Assembly: GCA_951812955.1 (NCBI GenBank)
Contig: OX638340.1
Span: forward strand, 864,001-928,000
Source: an uncultured Gemmatimonadota bacterium
GTDB taxonomy: Bacteria; JAAXHH01
DNA length: 64,000 nucleotides
Direction of reading: 5' to 3'
The notes under the pieces are model-generated. The model was given only the letters and a program-made list of their open reading frames with translations, did no database searches and was not told the origin of the DNA. Shown piece by piece: positions 29,819 through 40,122 of this stretch (positions are counted from its first letter, which is position 1; each line of letters starts with the position of its first letter). The position numbers and the translations under genes were made by a program.

Positions 29819-30638
29819 TCAGAACAGACTCAACTGCCGTTCGAAATCGGGGACTACGGTGTCCAGTCCGAGCAGCCGCTTCATCCGGTTGCAGTCGGTG
29901 GGCGAATGTCCCGAATAGTAGTTGTTGAAAAACCCGTAGAGCGTGTCCACCCTGGGAAGGATGTCCCTCTTCAGCCGCTCGGCCCACTTGATGAGATCCT
30001 GGGTGCGGTCGACGACGGATTCTCCTGTAGTGGCGGATTCGCGGGTCCTCCGTGTCCCCCATCCAGCGGATATAGGTGAAGTCGGCGGTGATCTCGGGCA
30101 CGATCGGCATGACTTTGGGATAGTCCTGCATGGTCCACGCCATGCCGTGCGTCCTGAGGAGATCGAATACCTCAGCCTTGACCCAGGATGGGTTCCGGAA
30201 TTCGAAGGCGAACCGGAAGTCCCTGGCAGACAACAGGCCTAGAAATGTCTCCACGCGGTTGAAGGTTTGCGGATTACACTGAAAAGCAGGTGGAAGTTGA
30301 ACCAGCAGGCAACCCAGGCGGTCGCCCAGGAGCGCCATGCTGGCCAGGAAGGAATCAAGAAGTTCCTCCGTTTCCACCAGCCCCCGTTCGTGGGTGATCG
30401 CGCCCGGCATCTTGGCCGTGAAATGGAAGCCAGCCGGTGTGCGGTCGCGCCAGCCGACAACCACTTCCGGTTTGGGGATGAAATGGAATGTACTGTCTAT
30501 TTCGAGGGCGTCGAAAACACGGGCATAGTACCGCAGGAGGTCTTTGCGGTCGGCGTCTCGGGCGTAGAAGGTTCCGGACCAGTCCCGGTAGGTCCAGCCC
30601 ATCGTGCCGATATGCAGGGAACCGGGTTTAAGGGGCAT
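29819..30638 (-). pseudogene. DUF72-family protein gene carrying an apparent 1-nt frameshift near 30010-30060
   Basis: The N-terminal 200 aa (GTMGWTYRDW...FEFRNPSW...YIRWMG) are in one frame. The conserved C-terminus (...DLIKWAERL...LYGFFNNYYSGHSPTDCNRMKRLLGL*) is in the -1 frame and ends at 29819. The combined length of about 273 aa equals the normal DUF72 size. The track's long ORF running to 29382 is read-through into antisense of the GNAT gene. Confidence 0.7.
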
Positions 30639-30751
30639 TTCCGCTCCATGCGGCCCAGCCGGACTCGCCAGAACGAGCCTTCACCCGTCCTGAGCTGCCG
30701 GACTCGCCTGGATTCACTCTTGCGAGCGGGAGGGACGGATCCGTTACAAGG

Positions 30752-32053
30752 TCAGACTCCGACCCGGTCAGTGTCGAAAGTCTCCAGGTTGCGCGTGATG
30801 TCCCGGATGAACCGGGCGGCGTTGAGACCGTCGATGAAGCGGTGGTCGAAGGACAGGCTCAGAAACATCATGGAACGGATGGCCAGGGAGTCATCCGCCT
30901 GCACGACAACCTGCTTCTTGACGCTCCCCGTGGCGAGGATGCCCGCCTCGGGCTGGTTGATGATCGGCGTGCCAAAAAGGGTGTCCCACATGCCCGGGTT
31001 CGTCAGAGTGAACGTACTGCCCTTCAGGTCGTCAGGAGACAACTTGCGGTCATGGGCACGCTTGGCCAGGTCGTGAGCCGCCTGGGCAATCTCCGAGAAA
31101 TCCATCTCGTCCGCGTGGCGGATTACCGGCACCACGACCCCCTTTTCCAGGCCCACCGCCAGCCCCAGGTTTACGTGCTTCCACTGGAGGACCCGGTCGT
31201 CGTCCATGGTGGCGTTCAGCATGGGGTTGGCGCGTAACGCGTCGACGATGGCGGTGATGAAGAAGGGGGTCAGCGTCAGCTTGATGCCGGTTTTCTGTTG
31301 GAACCGTTCCCTGGCCTCTTCGCGGTACCGGACGACGTGCGTCATGTCGACTTCCGAGACGGAGGTCACGTGGGGGGACACCTGCTTGCTGAGGACCATG
31401 TGCTTTGCGATGGTCTTGCGCAGGGTGTCCATATTCACGACGCGGGCTTCTTCGGTGCCTGCCGGCCGGGATACAGAAACGAACTCGGAATCCTCGTCCT
31501 GCTCCGCCGCCGGTTCAGGAATCCGGGACGCGCGCCGTTCCAGGTAGGTAAGCAGATCGTCCCGGGTTACCCGGCCACCCTTGCCGGTTCCTTCCAGGGA
31601 TTCCAGCATAGCCATGTCGATGCGTTCTTCCCGGGCGATGCGCAATACGAGGGGAGAGTAGAACCGTTCGGCCCGCCTTCGCCTCAGCGGCCCCCCGTCA
31701 ACGGCCTCCGCGGCCGGCGTCAATTCATCCGCATCGATCGTCTCCGGCGCTTCCCCGGCACCGTCCGGCTGCTCCTCCGAATCGGCCGCGCTGGAATCGA
31801 CGTCTTCTTCGTCCCCCGTGTCGATGACGCCGATGATTTCTCCAATGGCCACCGTCGTCCCTTCGTCCACGCGAATCTCGCTCAACACGCCGCCCGCGAT
31901 GGCGGGTATGTCCGTGTCGATCTTGTCGGTGGTGATCTCAACCACGGACTCGTCGCGCTCGATCGGATCGCCCACCTTCTTCAACCAGCGGATGACCGTT
32001 CCTTCCTCGACGCTTTCGCCCAGTCTCGGCATGGTGATGTTCACGTTGCACAT
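30752..32053 (-). CDS. 2-oxoacid dehydrogenase E2 (dihydrolipoyl acyltransferase; BCKDH/PDH/acetoin-type)
   Basis: Lipoyl domain (MPRLGESVEEGTV...TDKIDT), an acidic linker, a peripheral-subunit-binding domain, and the DHRFIDG catalytic motif. Confidence 0.85.
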   Translation of the reverse strand: MCNVNITMPRLGESVEEGTVIRWLKKVGDPIERDESVVEITTDKIDTDIPAIAGGVLSEIRVDEGTTVAIGEIIGVIDTGDEEDVDSSAADSEEQPDGAGEAPETIDADELTPAAEAVDGGPLRRRRAERFYSPLVLRIAREERIDMAMLESLEGTGKGGRVTRDDLLTYLERRASRIPEPAAEQDEDSEFVSVSRPAGTEEARVVNMDTLRKTIAKHMVLSKQVSPHVTSVSEVDMTHVVRYREEARERFQQKTGIKLTLTPFFITAIVDALRANPMLNATMDDDRVLQWKHVNLGLAVGLEKGVVVPVIRHADEMDFSEIAQAAHDLAKRAHDRKLSPDDLKGSTFTLTNPGMWDTLFGTPIINQPEAGILATGSVKKQVVVQADDSLAIRSMMFLSLSFDHRFIDGLNAARFIRDITRNLETFDTDRVGV

Positions 32054-32082
32054 CCTCTTGGTGCTTTACGATCGACAGGCAA

Positions 32083-33063
32083 TCAGTAGGCCAGGAGATC
32101 CCGTAGGGCCGCGGTTACTTTCTCCGTGTTCGGCAGGAAATAGTGCTCCAGCGGCGGACTGAAGGGTACGGGCGTGTCGATGGCCGCCAGCCTGCGGACG
32201 GGCGCGTCGAGATGCTCGAAGGCCTCTTCGGCCACGACGGCGGCGATTTCACCGCCGAAACCGCCGGTCAGCGTGTCCTCATGTACGATCAGTAGCCGGT
32301 TCGTCTTCCGAACGGATTCGAGGATCGCCTGCTTGTCATACGGCAGCAGGGACCGCAGGTCGATCACCTCAGTCTCTATCCCCTCGCCGGCCAGGGTCTC
32401 GGCGGCGTCCAGGCTGTGAAAGACCATCTTGCCGTAGGTGACGATCGTCGCATCGATGCCCTCCCGCCGGATCGCCGCCTCACCGATGGGTACGGTGTAA
32501 TCGTCTTCAGGGATCTCTTCCCGGATCCGGGGAAAACGGTACAGGCCCTTGTGTTCAAAATACAGCACCGGGTTGTTGTCCCGGATTGACGACTTGAGCA
32601 GGCCCTTCGCGTCGTAGGTCGTTGCCGGCGCCACGACCTTGAGACCGGGGACCTTGCAGAACCAGGCCTCGGGATTCTGGGAGTGGAAGGGGCCGGCGTT
32701 GCCGATGGCGCCGGAAGGGCACCGCACCACGAGGGGCACGGCGGCGCCCCAGCGGTAGTGCGCCTTGGCCGCGTTGTTGACCAGTTGATTGAAACCGCAG
32801 GTAATGAAATCGGCGAACTGCATTTCAGCCACCGGCCGCATGCCCATGATCGCCGCGCCCATGGCCGCGCCGATGATGACCGATTCCGCCACGGGAGCGT
32901 CGATCACCCGGTTTTCCCCGAAATCGTCCAGGAATCCCTTCGTGATCTTGAACGCCCCGCCGTAGACGCCGATGTCCTCGCCCAGGCAGAAGACGCTCTC
33001 ATCCCGTTCCATCTCTTCTCGGAGTCCGGCCGATATGGCTTCCAGGTAGGTTACGGGCGGCAT
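32083..33063 (-). CDS. 2-oxoacid dehydrogenase E1 beta subunit
   Basis: Transketolase-like Pyr and C-terminal domains. Start refined to MPPVTYLEAI, 23 nt after the E1alpha stop. Confidence 0.85.
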   Translation of the reverse strand: MPPVTYLEAISAGLREEMERDESVFCLGEDIGVYGGAFKITKGFLDDFGENRVIDAPVAESVIIGAAMGAAIMGMRPVAEMQFADFITCGFNQLVNNAAKAHYRWGAAVPLVVRCPSGAIGNAGPFHSQNPEAWFCKVPGLKVVAPATTYDAKGLLKSSIRDNNPVLYFEHKGLYRFPRIREEIPEDDYTVPIGEAAIRREGIDATIVTYGKMVFHSLDAAETLAGEGIETEVIDLRSLLPYDKQAILESVRKTNRLLIVHEDTLTGGFGGEIAAVVAEEAFEHLDAPVRRLAAIDTPVPFSPPLEHYFLPNTEKVTAALRDLLAY

Positions 33064-33085
33064 AGTCTGGTTCCGATTGGGGACA

Positions 33086-34111
33086 TCAGTCCGCGTAGAC
33101 CCCGTCGAGCGCTTCTTCGGGTTCGGGAAGGGGGCTTTGTTCCGCGTAATCGACCGCGTCATCGACGATGCCCTTGACTTCTTCCTTGATCCCGTCGAGC
33201 TCTTCGCGGGTAAAGTACTGCCGTTCCAACAGGAGGTTTTCAGTTTTCGTGACCGGATCGTTGTTCCAACCGTCCTCAATAATATCCTTGGGAACATAAA
33301 AAGCGTCGTCGTGCTGGGCGTGACCCAGCAACCGGGTACAACGGGCCTCGATGAGCGTCGGACCGCCGCCCTCCCGGGCGAGCTCCACGGCGGTCCGCGT
33401 CGCCTTGTACATGGCGCGCACGTCCGTGCCGTCCACCAGCGAACCCGCGATGCCGTAACCCTGCGCGCGGTCCACGATGTGCTCGCAGGCGTACTCGTAC
33501 CGGGTCGGGGTGGAGTAGGCGAACTTGTTGTTCTCCACGATCAGCACCATGGGCAACCTGTGTACGGCCGCGAAGTTGAGTCCTTCGTGAAAGTCGCCGA
33601 TACTAGAGCCGCCCTCGCCGATGTAGGTGAGGGAGACCGCGCCGTCGCCGCGGATCTTGCTGGCCAGCGCGACGCCCGCGGTCACGGGAATGTTCGCGCC
33701 GAGATGACTGATCATCCCGACGATGTGGTGATCCCAGTTCCCGCAGTGCATGTTGCCGTCTTTACCCGCCGACGGTCCATTGGCCCGGCCGAGGTACTGG
33801 CACATCATGTCCCGGGCGGTATGGCCGCGAAGAAAATGGGCGCCGATCACCCGGTGCATGGGGACCAGGACGTCCGCATCGCCCAGTGCGTGGGCGCTGC
33901 CCGCGGCAATCGCCTCGTGTCCCGCGCCCGCGTAGGCCGCGCCCACGAGCCGGCCCTGCCGGAAGAGCCGGTAAATGCGCTCCTCGAATTCCCGCTGCAG
34001 GCGCATGGTAAGAAACAGTATTCGATAGTCGTCCCGACCGAGGCCGAGATCGTCGAGGCCGGACTCGTTAAGGTCGGGATCGGACAGGGCGGGGGCGGTC
34101 TCAACGTTCAT
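33086..34111 (-). CDS. 2-oxoacid dehydrogenase E1 alpha subunit (TPP-binding)
   Basis: GEGGSSIGDFHEGLNFAA...ENNKFA TPP-binding motif. 341 aa. Confidence 0.85.
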   Translation of the reverse strand: MNVETAPALSDPDLNESGLDDLGLGRDDYRILFLTMRLQREFEERIYRLFRQGRLVGAAYAGAGHEAIAAGSAHALGDADVLVPMHRVIGAHFLRGHTARDMMCQYLGRANGPSAGKDGNMHCGNWDHHIVGMISHLGANIPVTAGVALASKIRGDGAVSLTYIGEGGSSIGDFHEGLNFAAVHRLPMVLIVENNKFAYSTPTRYEYACEHIVDRAQGYGIAGSLVDGTDVRAMYKATRTAVELAREGGGPTLIEARCTRLLGHAQHDDAFYVPKDIIEDGWNNDPVTKTENLLLERQYFTREELDGIKEEVKGIVDDAVDYAEQSPLPEPEEALDGVYAD

Positions 34112-34144
34112 GGCGCCTCCTGGGTGCGAAATGGCGTATTTTGT

Positions 34145-34825
34145 TCATATTCTTTGTTTCAATTCAGGCAGGCTCATCTCTTCAAAAGCCATACCAAAAA
34201 CGTCGCCCAGGTTTCGGAGGAGGCTGTTTTCGACATCCTCCATCGTAACCGGCCGGCCGAGTATCCGCTCCATCGAGCTGACCTCGCGGTCGGCGATGCC
34301 GCAAGGGACGATCCCTTCATACAGGGACAGATCGGGATGGACGTTCACGGAAAACCCGTGCATGGCAATCCACCAGCTGACCCGAATACCCAGGGCTGCG
34401 ACTTTACTGTTTTCTACCCAGACTCCGGTAATCCCCTCCAGGCGGCGGGCCGCGATACCGAAATCTCCCAGCAGTCCAATGATCACCCTTTCGAGATCGC
34501 GCAGGAACCGGTAGACGTCCTGGTACCACGCCGCGATATCGAAGATGGTGTAGCCCACCAGTTGGCCGGGACCGTGGCAGGTAATGTCTCCTCCGCGGTC
34601 CGTTTCGTAGACCTGGATGCCGTGGGCCTGGAGCGATTCTTCCCCGTAGAGCAGGTGATCGCCTGCCCTCAGCCTACGTCCGATCGTGTACGTGGGGGGA
34701 TGTTCGAGAATCAGGAGCACATTGTCGATCAGGCCGGAACGACGCGCCGCGAGCAGTTGTCGCTGAAGAGAAAGCGCCACGCCGTAATCCATCGTGCCGG
34801 CCCGAACAACCCAGCAAGGCAGCAC
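34145..34825 (-). CDS. lipB: Lipoyl(octanoyl) transferase
   Basis: Motifs LLILEHPPTYTIGRR and ACHGPGQLVGY, with the catalytic Cys and Lys regions. The start may be the internal MDYG at 34792. Confidence 0.75.
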   Translation of the reverse strand: MLPCWVVRAGTMDYGVALSLQRQLLAARRSGLIDNVLLILEHPPTYTIGRRLRAGDHLLYGEESLQAHGIQVYETDRGGDITCHGPGQLVGYTIFDIAAWYQDVYRFLRDLERVIIGLLGDFGIAARRLEGITGVWVENSKVAALGIRVSWWIAMHGFSVNVHPDLSLYEGIVPCGIADREVSSMERILGRPVTMEDVENSLLRNLGDVFGMAFEEMSLPELKQRI

Positions 34826-34904
34826 CTGCCCTCCTCATACACGGCGACCTCGTATACCACAGGCCATATACCCCGCGTAAGCTATGGTTTCGCGGGCTGT
34901 CGTG

Positions 34905-35747
34905 TCAAGGTTTTTCTCCCTCGACAATGGCCCCGTAGAACTCCACTCTGCGGTCCTCCAGGCGGTCGAGCTCATAGGCCTTGGCCACGTTCACGATGTG
35001 CTTTTCCCGTGCGCCGGCCAGGTCCACGTCGGCAAAGATGATCTCTTCGGTGGACCGGTCCCCTTCCGCCAGCGTCCGCCCGGTATAATCGACGATTTTG
35101 CTCTGTCCGATGAAGTTGGTGCCCCGTTCTCTTCCGACCCGGTTCACGGCGACGTAATTGATACGATTCTCGAAGGCGCGGGTATTCACCACGAATTCGG
35201 TGTTGCAGTCGGCGCCTACCGGCCAGTTGGTGGGCAGGGCGATCAGCTCCGCGTCGCGTAGCATCATCACCCGGGCGCTTTCGGGGAACGCCGCGTCGTA
35301 ACAGATATTCAGGCCGATTCGGCCGACTTCCGAATCGTACACGCGGAAGGGGCGGTCACCGGGGGACAGGAACCGGTCGATTCCGAGAAAGGGGAGGTGG
35401 ATCTTGCGGTAGTGTCCGATCAACCCGTTGGGAGCGATGAGGACCGCCGTATTGTAGATACTCGATCCATCGGCCTCCAACAGGCCGACGATGACGTGGA
35501 TGTCCAGTTCGCTGCACCGCCGTTCGATGCGTTCGGTGAAAGGACCGGGAACGGGCTGGGCGGACGCCCGGGCTTCGTCCAGGTCGTAAAAGCAGTAGCC
35601 GGTCAGCGCGCACTCGGGAAACACGGCCAGGTCGGCGCCTTCCCGTGAGGCAGACTGCATCGCGTCGAATACCTTGATCAGGTTCTGTTCGGTCTCGGCG
35701 AGTTTCAGATCCATCTGCACGCCGGCGACCCGGATGGTGTCTCGCAT
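34905..35747 (-). CDS. Carbon-nitrogen hydrolase (nitrilase-superfamily amidase)
   Basis: The E-K-C triad contexts FPECALTGY, RKIHLP and NICYDAAFPE are present. Confidence 0.85.
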   Translation of the reverse strand: MRDTIRVAGVQMDLKLAETEQNLIKVFDAMQSASREGADLAVFPECALTGYCFYDLDEARASAQPVPGPFTERIERRCSELDIHVIVGLLEADGSSIYNTAVLIAPNGLIGHYRKIHLPFLGIDRFLSPGDRPFRVYDSEVGRIGLNICYDAAFPESARVMMLRDAELIALPTNWPVGADCNTEFVVNTRAFENRINYVAVNRVGRERGTNFIGQSKIVDYTGRTLAEGDRSTEEIIFADVDLAGAREKHIVNVAKAYELDRLEDRRVEFYGAIVEGEKP

Positions 35748-35757
35748 ATATCCCTTT

Positions 35758-36912
35758 CTAGCTTTTTCTATACGCTGGCATGGCGCTCAATCCGGTCGAG
35801 GAAGGATGGAAAAGCCGGGTCAGGTGGGCTTCGATGACGCCCCGGTTGAGATCGGGACGCTCCATGCAGGCGACGACCAGTTCATGGTCCACCTGTTCCG
35901 TCATTTCAGCGATGGCCTTCATGCGGTCGATGGAATTGATCAGGGCCTGCCGGATGGGGATGCGTTCCGGAAAGATGTCGATGCCCATGTAACCGCTGTA
36001 GCCATACATCTTCAGCGCGTACATGCCGGCGAAGATCTGCTCCGGTGAAACGATGCCGACCTGCAGGTCCTGGTCGTAATTTCCCAGGGGCTGGCTGTTC
36101 CAGTGCGTGTGGGCCAGCCTTCCCTGGCGAAGAATGCGGCTCAGGGCATAGGGGAAATCCTCGAACCCCATGAGGACGTGGCCGAGTTCGGGATTCAAGC
36201 CCACGATGGCGTGACCCTCATCAAGAAGCGCTCGATTTTGGGGGGCCTGGAGCCGCTCGTCCACGTTCTGGGCCATGAGTATGCCGTCCGTCGTGTTCCG
36301 GTAGATGTTATTGCCCCGGGGCTCGTAAGGCTTCGGTTCGATGGCCGTTCGAACCCCCGGCACGGCGTCCAGCGCCTCGGCAAGTCCCGATTCGAAGAGG
36401 TCCCACATGGCAAAGAAATCGGTCCCGAAATTCAGTTCGTAGCCGTCGCCTCCAGGCCACACGACCATGAAGTCCGTGTCCAGTTCCCGGTTCATCCGCA
36501 GCGTCTCGATCACCCGGTCTATGGCGGCGCGGCGCGCTTCGGGCACGGGAGAGGACAGAGAACCGAATTCGAACCGGGCGTCCCAGAAGAGATTGGGAAT
36601 CACTGTAACCAGCCGCACGCCTGTATCCTTCTCCAGTTGCTGGTAAAGATGGGCGTTGTCTTCGTTGATCTCGTTGGGATAGTGGGCCTCGATCCCGCAC
36701 AGCCCGAATTCCGCCAGTTCGCCGGCAATGGCTAGGCGCTCTTCGATGGAATAAGGATCCATGTAGGCTTCGTGAAACCGGATCTGTGACGGCGAGAAGA
36801 ACCAGACGCCGGCGGTGATCTTCAGTTCCAGCGTATGGCTTCCGAGATGACGCACAAGGTCATCGCCACTGCGCTTCGTCGCCTGGTCCCGCAAGTCTGC
36901 GAACATAGCCAT
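35758..36912 (-). CDS. Xylose-isomerase-family (XylA-like) TIM-barrel sugar isomerase, divergent
   Basis: 384 aa. VVWPGGDGYE is like WGGREGYE, IEPKPYEP is like IEPKPKEP, and NPELGHVLMG is like NxExNHAxLAG, in the canonical XylA order. Confidence 0.55.
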   Translation of the reverse strand: MAMFADLRDQATKRSGDDLVRHLGSHTLELKITAGVWFFSPSQIRFHEAYMDPYSIEERLAIAGELAEFGLCGIEAHYPNEINEDNAHLYQQLEKDTGVRLVTVIPNLFWDARFEFGSLSSPVPEARRAAIDRVIETLRMNRELDTDFMVVWPGGDGYELNFGTDFFAMWDLFESGLAEALDAVPGVRTAIEPKPYEPRGNNIYRNTTDGILMAQNVDERLQAPQNRALLDEGHAIVGLNPELGHVLMGFEDFPYALSRILRQGRLAHTHWNSQPLGNYDQDLQVGIVSPEQIFAGMYALKMYGYSGYMGIDIFPERIPIRQALINSIDRMKAIAEMTEQVDHELVVACMERPDLNRGVIEAHLTRLFHPSSTGLSAMPAYRKS

Positions 36913-37048
36913 CTCCTGAGGTTACGCGGTGTTGGTTCAGATGGGTTCTGGTTCGGATGATCAGCGTTTCGATTCGGTAGGTTCCTGTGAAAAATAATAG
37001 GAGGCTCTTCGGGTACTGTCAACTGGTATATCCCTTTCAAAAGAGCGC

Positions 37049-38071
37049 TTGACACCTGATACCAAATCGCCGTATTTACCCCTTCATCCCGTTAATAACA
37101 ATGGCCTTGCACGGCCCGGAAAGGAACTGCTTTTGCGCGTTGTCGTTACCGGCGGTGCGGGATTCCTGGGATCCCATCTATGCGACCGTTTGCTGTCCGA
37201 CGGCCACCAGGTAGTCGCCGTCGACAATCTGATTACGGGCCGGACCGTAAATATCGCCCACAACATGGACCGCGACGGGTTCTCCTACATCCGGCAGGAC
37301 GTATCCGAGTACCTGGACATCGACGGCGACGTGGACTTCATCATGCACTTCGCCAGTCCCGCCAGTCCGGTGGATTTCGAGCGTGTGCCGATCCAGATCC
37401 TGAAAGTAGGCGCTCTGGGCACGCACAACGCGCTCGGTCTGGCCAGGGCGAAGGGCGCGGGGTTCTTCCTGGCATCCACCTCCGAGGTTTACGGCGACCC
37501 GCAGGTCAACCCGCAGCCGGAAAGCTACTGGGGCAACGTCAACCCGATCGGAGTGCGGGGCGTCTACGACGAGGCCAAGCGCTTCGCGGAGGCGCTGACC
37601 ATGGCCTACCACCGAAAGCACGGCATCGACACGCGGATCGTCAGGATCTTCAACACTTACGGTCCGCGAATGAGGCCTGCGGATGGACGGGTCGCGCCTT
37701 CTTTCATCACCAAGGCGCTCAGGGGCGAACCGCTGACTATCTTCGGAGAGGGGCGGCAGACCCGTAGTTTCTGCTATTACGAGGATCTCATGGAAGGCAT
37801 CGTGCGGCTCATGCATTCCGGCGAGCACGGACCGGTAAACATCGGAAACGAAAACGAAATTACCATACTTGAACTCGCGCGCACCATCCTCCGGCTATGC
37901 GATTCAGACAGCGAGATCGTCTTCCGGCCGCTTCCCCAGGACGATCCACAGCTTAGGCGGCCGGATACGACAAGGGCCCGGGAGATCCTGGACTGGGAAG
38001 CCCGCGTGACTCTGGATGAGGGGATGGGGAAGACCATCGAGTATTTCAGATCCAACGACGCGTCCGGCTGA
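37049..38071 (+). CDS. NAD-dependent epimerase/dehydratase, UDP-glucuronate decarboxylase (UXS)-like
   Basis: [24 protein letters not shown] and YDEAKR (YxxxK) motifs; a TTGACA-N18-TATTTA promoter lies upstream. The true start may be an internal GTG/TTG. Confidence 0.8.
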   Translation: MTPDTKSPYLPLHPVNNNGLARPGKELLLRVVVTGGAGFLGSHLCDRLLSDGHQVVAVDNLITGRTVNIAHNMDRDGFSYIRQDVSEYLDIDGDVDFIMHFASPASPVDFERVPIQILKVGALGTHNALGLARAKGAGFFLASTSEVYGDPQVNPQPESYWGNVNPIGVRGVYDEAKRFAEALTMAYHRKHGIDTRIVRIFNTYGPRMRPADGRVAPSFITKALRGEPLTIFGEGRQTRSFCYYEDLMEGIVRLMHSGEHGPVNIGNENEITILELARTILRLCDSDSEIVFRPLPQDDPQLRRPDTTRAREILDWEARVTLDEGMGKTIEYFRSNDASG

Positions 38072-38100
38072 GCCGGAATACGGGGAAAGGACCCTGGCCG

Positions 38101-39138
38101 ATGACAACGACCGACGCCACGCGACCCGCCGCGGAGGAAGGACCGGGGCAAGTACGCATCGAAGCCTTCCGGGAAGGACGGGAGAAGATCCTGGCCGAAG
38201 TGCGCAAGGTAATCACCGGCCAGGAAGAGGTCCTGGAGCAGGTGCTGATCGCCCTGTTCGCGGGAGGCCACTGCCTCGTGACCGGCATGCCCGGGCTCGC
38301 AAAGACGCTGCTCATCAAGACCTTCGCACAGGTATTGGACCTGGAATTCCGGCGAATCCAGTTCACGCCCGATCTCATGCCCGCAGACATCACCGGTACC
38401 GAGATCCTGGAGGAGGACAAGGCCACCGGCCAACGTCGGCTGAATTTCATCAAGGGCCCGATATTCGGCAATATCGTGCTGGCCGATGAAATCAACCGCA
38501 CACCGCCCAAGACCCAGGCCGCCCTGCTCGAGGCCATGCAGGAGCACCGCGTGACCGCGGGCGGCACGACTTTCCAGCTGGATGAACCCTTCTTCGTCCT
38601 CGCCACCCAGAACCCCATCGAACTGGAAGGTACCTATCCCCTGCCCGAGGCCCAGCTCGACCGGTTCATGTTCAACATCCACATCGACTATCTGAAGGAA
38701 GACGACGAGGTGGCGGTAGCCCGCTCGACGACCTCCGCCGAAACGGCCTCAGTCGACACCGTACTGTCGGGCAAGGTAGTCGGGGAGTACCAGCGGCTTG
38801 TCAGGGAAGTCCTTGTCTCCGAGCAGGTTGCGCGGTACGCCGTACGCCTGGCATCCTCGAGCAGACCCTCCAGAGGGGAAGCGCCGGATTTCGTCGAAAA
38901 CTGGGTTTCGTGGGGGGCCGGCCTGCGCGCCTCCCAGTACCTGATCCTGGGCGCCAAGGCCAGGGCGCTGCTCGACGGCCGGGGACACGTTTCCTGCGAC
39001 GACATCCGATCACTCGCCCATCCGGTCCTGCGCCATCGCATCCTGACGAATTTCTACGCAGAGGCGGAGAAGATAACGCCCGAACACATCGTAGATCGGC
39101 TGCTCGGCACCGTTCCGGCGCCGCAGTCCGGCATGTAA
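38101..39138 (+). CDS. MoxR-family AAA+ ATPase
   Basis: LVTGMPGLAKT Walker A, VLADEINR Walker B/sensor, about 345 aa. Confidence 0.9.
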   Translation: MTTTDATRPAAEEGPGQVRIEAFREGREKILAEVRKVITGQEEVLEQVLIALFAGGHCLVTGMPGLAKTLLIKTFAQVLDLEFRRIQFTPDLMPADITGTEILEEDKATGQRRLNFIKGPIFGNIVLADEINRTPPKTQAALLEAMQEHRVTAGGTTFQLDEPFFVLATQNPIELEGTYPLPEAQLDRFMFNIHIDYLKEDDEVAVARSTTSAETASVDTVLSGKVVGEYQRLVREVLVSEQVARYAVRLASSSRPSRGEAPDFVENWVSWGAGLRASQYLILGAKARALLDGRGHVSCDDIRSLAHPVLRHRILTNFYAEAEKITPEHIVDRLLGTVPAPQSGM

Positions 39139-39166
39139 TCAAGCACTCAAGCGCAACGGCACTGCC

Positions 39167-40096
39167 ATGGCTGAAATCCCGCGGTTTTTGGATCCGAATA
39201 CCCTTTCCCGCCTGTCCTCGATGGAGATGCGCGCCCGCATCGTGGTCGAAGGATTCGTGTCTGGTCTCCACAAGAGCCCATACCGGGGTTTCGGCGTTGA
39301 GTTCGTGGAATACAGGCAGTATACGCCGGGCGACGACGTCCGGCACGTGGATTGGAAAACCGTGGCGCGGTCGGACCGGTACTATGTCAAGGAATACGAG
39401 GACGAAACCAACCTGCAGTGCGTGCTATTGCTCGATTGCAGCGCGTCCATGGGTTATCGCTCCGGGCAGTCCGGGCGGTCAGGGCAGTCCGGGCCGTCAG
39501 GCGGATTGGACAAGCTCGAATACGGTTCGTACCTGGCGGCGTCCCTGGCGCATCTGATCATGCGGCAGGGAGACGGCGTGGGCCTCGTCACCTTCGACCA
39601 GGCCGTCCGGGATTATCTTCCGCCCAGTTCGAAGAACACCCAGCTGCCGGCCATTCACACCATGCTCGATGGACTGCGCGCCTCCGAAGGGACCGATATC
39701 GGCAAACCCCTGCATGAACTTGCCGAATCGATATCCAGGCGGGGACTGGTCATCCTGATTTCCGATCTGATCGATGACGTCGATGAAATGATGAATGCCC
39801 TGATGCACTTCCGTTTCAAGGGACACGAGGTGCTGGTGTTCCATATCGTCGACCGGGAAGAACTCGACTTCTCCTTCACGGAGACGGCAAGATTCGACGA
39901 TCCAGAGACCGGCGAGCGAATCACGGTCACGCCTTCGGCCATTCGCGAAGACTATATGGATGCCGTTCAGACGTTCATGGAGTCGATCAGGACCGGTTGC
40001 GCGAAGATCAAGGTCGACTACGAGCGCATGGAAACCGAAAGACCGCTGGATTACGCGCTGTTCTCCTATCTGAGCAGGCGCACGGTGAAGCAATAG
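39167..40096 (+). CDS. DUF58 protein (vWA-like, MoxR partner)
   Basis: GxEFxxxRxY-type N-terminal motif (YRGFGVEFVEYRQYTPGDDVRHVDW), about 309 aa. It carries an in-frame SGQSGRSGQSGPSG mini-repeat. Confidence 0.8.
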   Translation: MAEIPRFLDPNTLSRLSSMEMRARIVVEGFVSGLHKSPYRGFGVEFVEYRQYTPGDDVRHVDWKTVARSDRYYVKEYEDETNLQCVLLLDCSASMGYRSGQSGRSGQSGPSGGLDKLEYGSYLAASLAHLIMRQGDGVGLVTFDQAVRDYLPPSSKNTQLPAIHTMLDGLRASEGTDIGKPLHELAESISRRGLVILISDLIDDVDEMMNALMHFRFKGHEVLVFHIVDREELDFSFTETARFDDPETGERITVTPSAIREDYMDAVQTFMESIRTGCAKIKVDYERMETERPLDYALFSYLSRRTVKQ

Positions 40097-40122
40097 GGTA
40101 AGCTCCCGCATCGGGTTACGTC

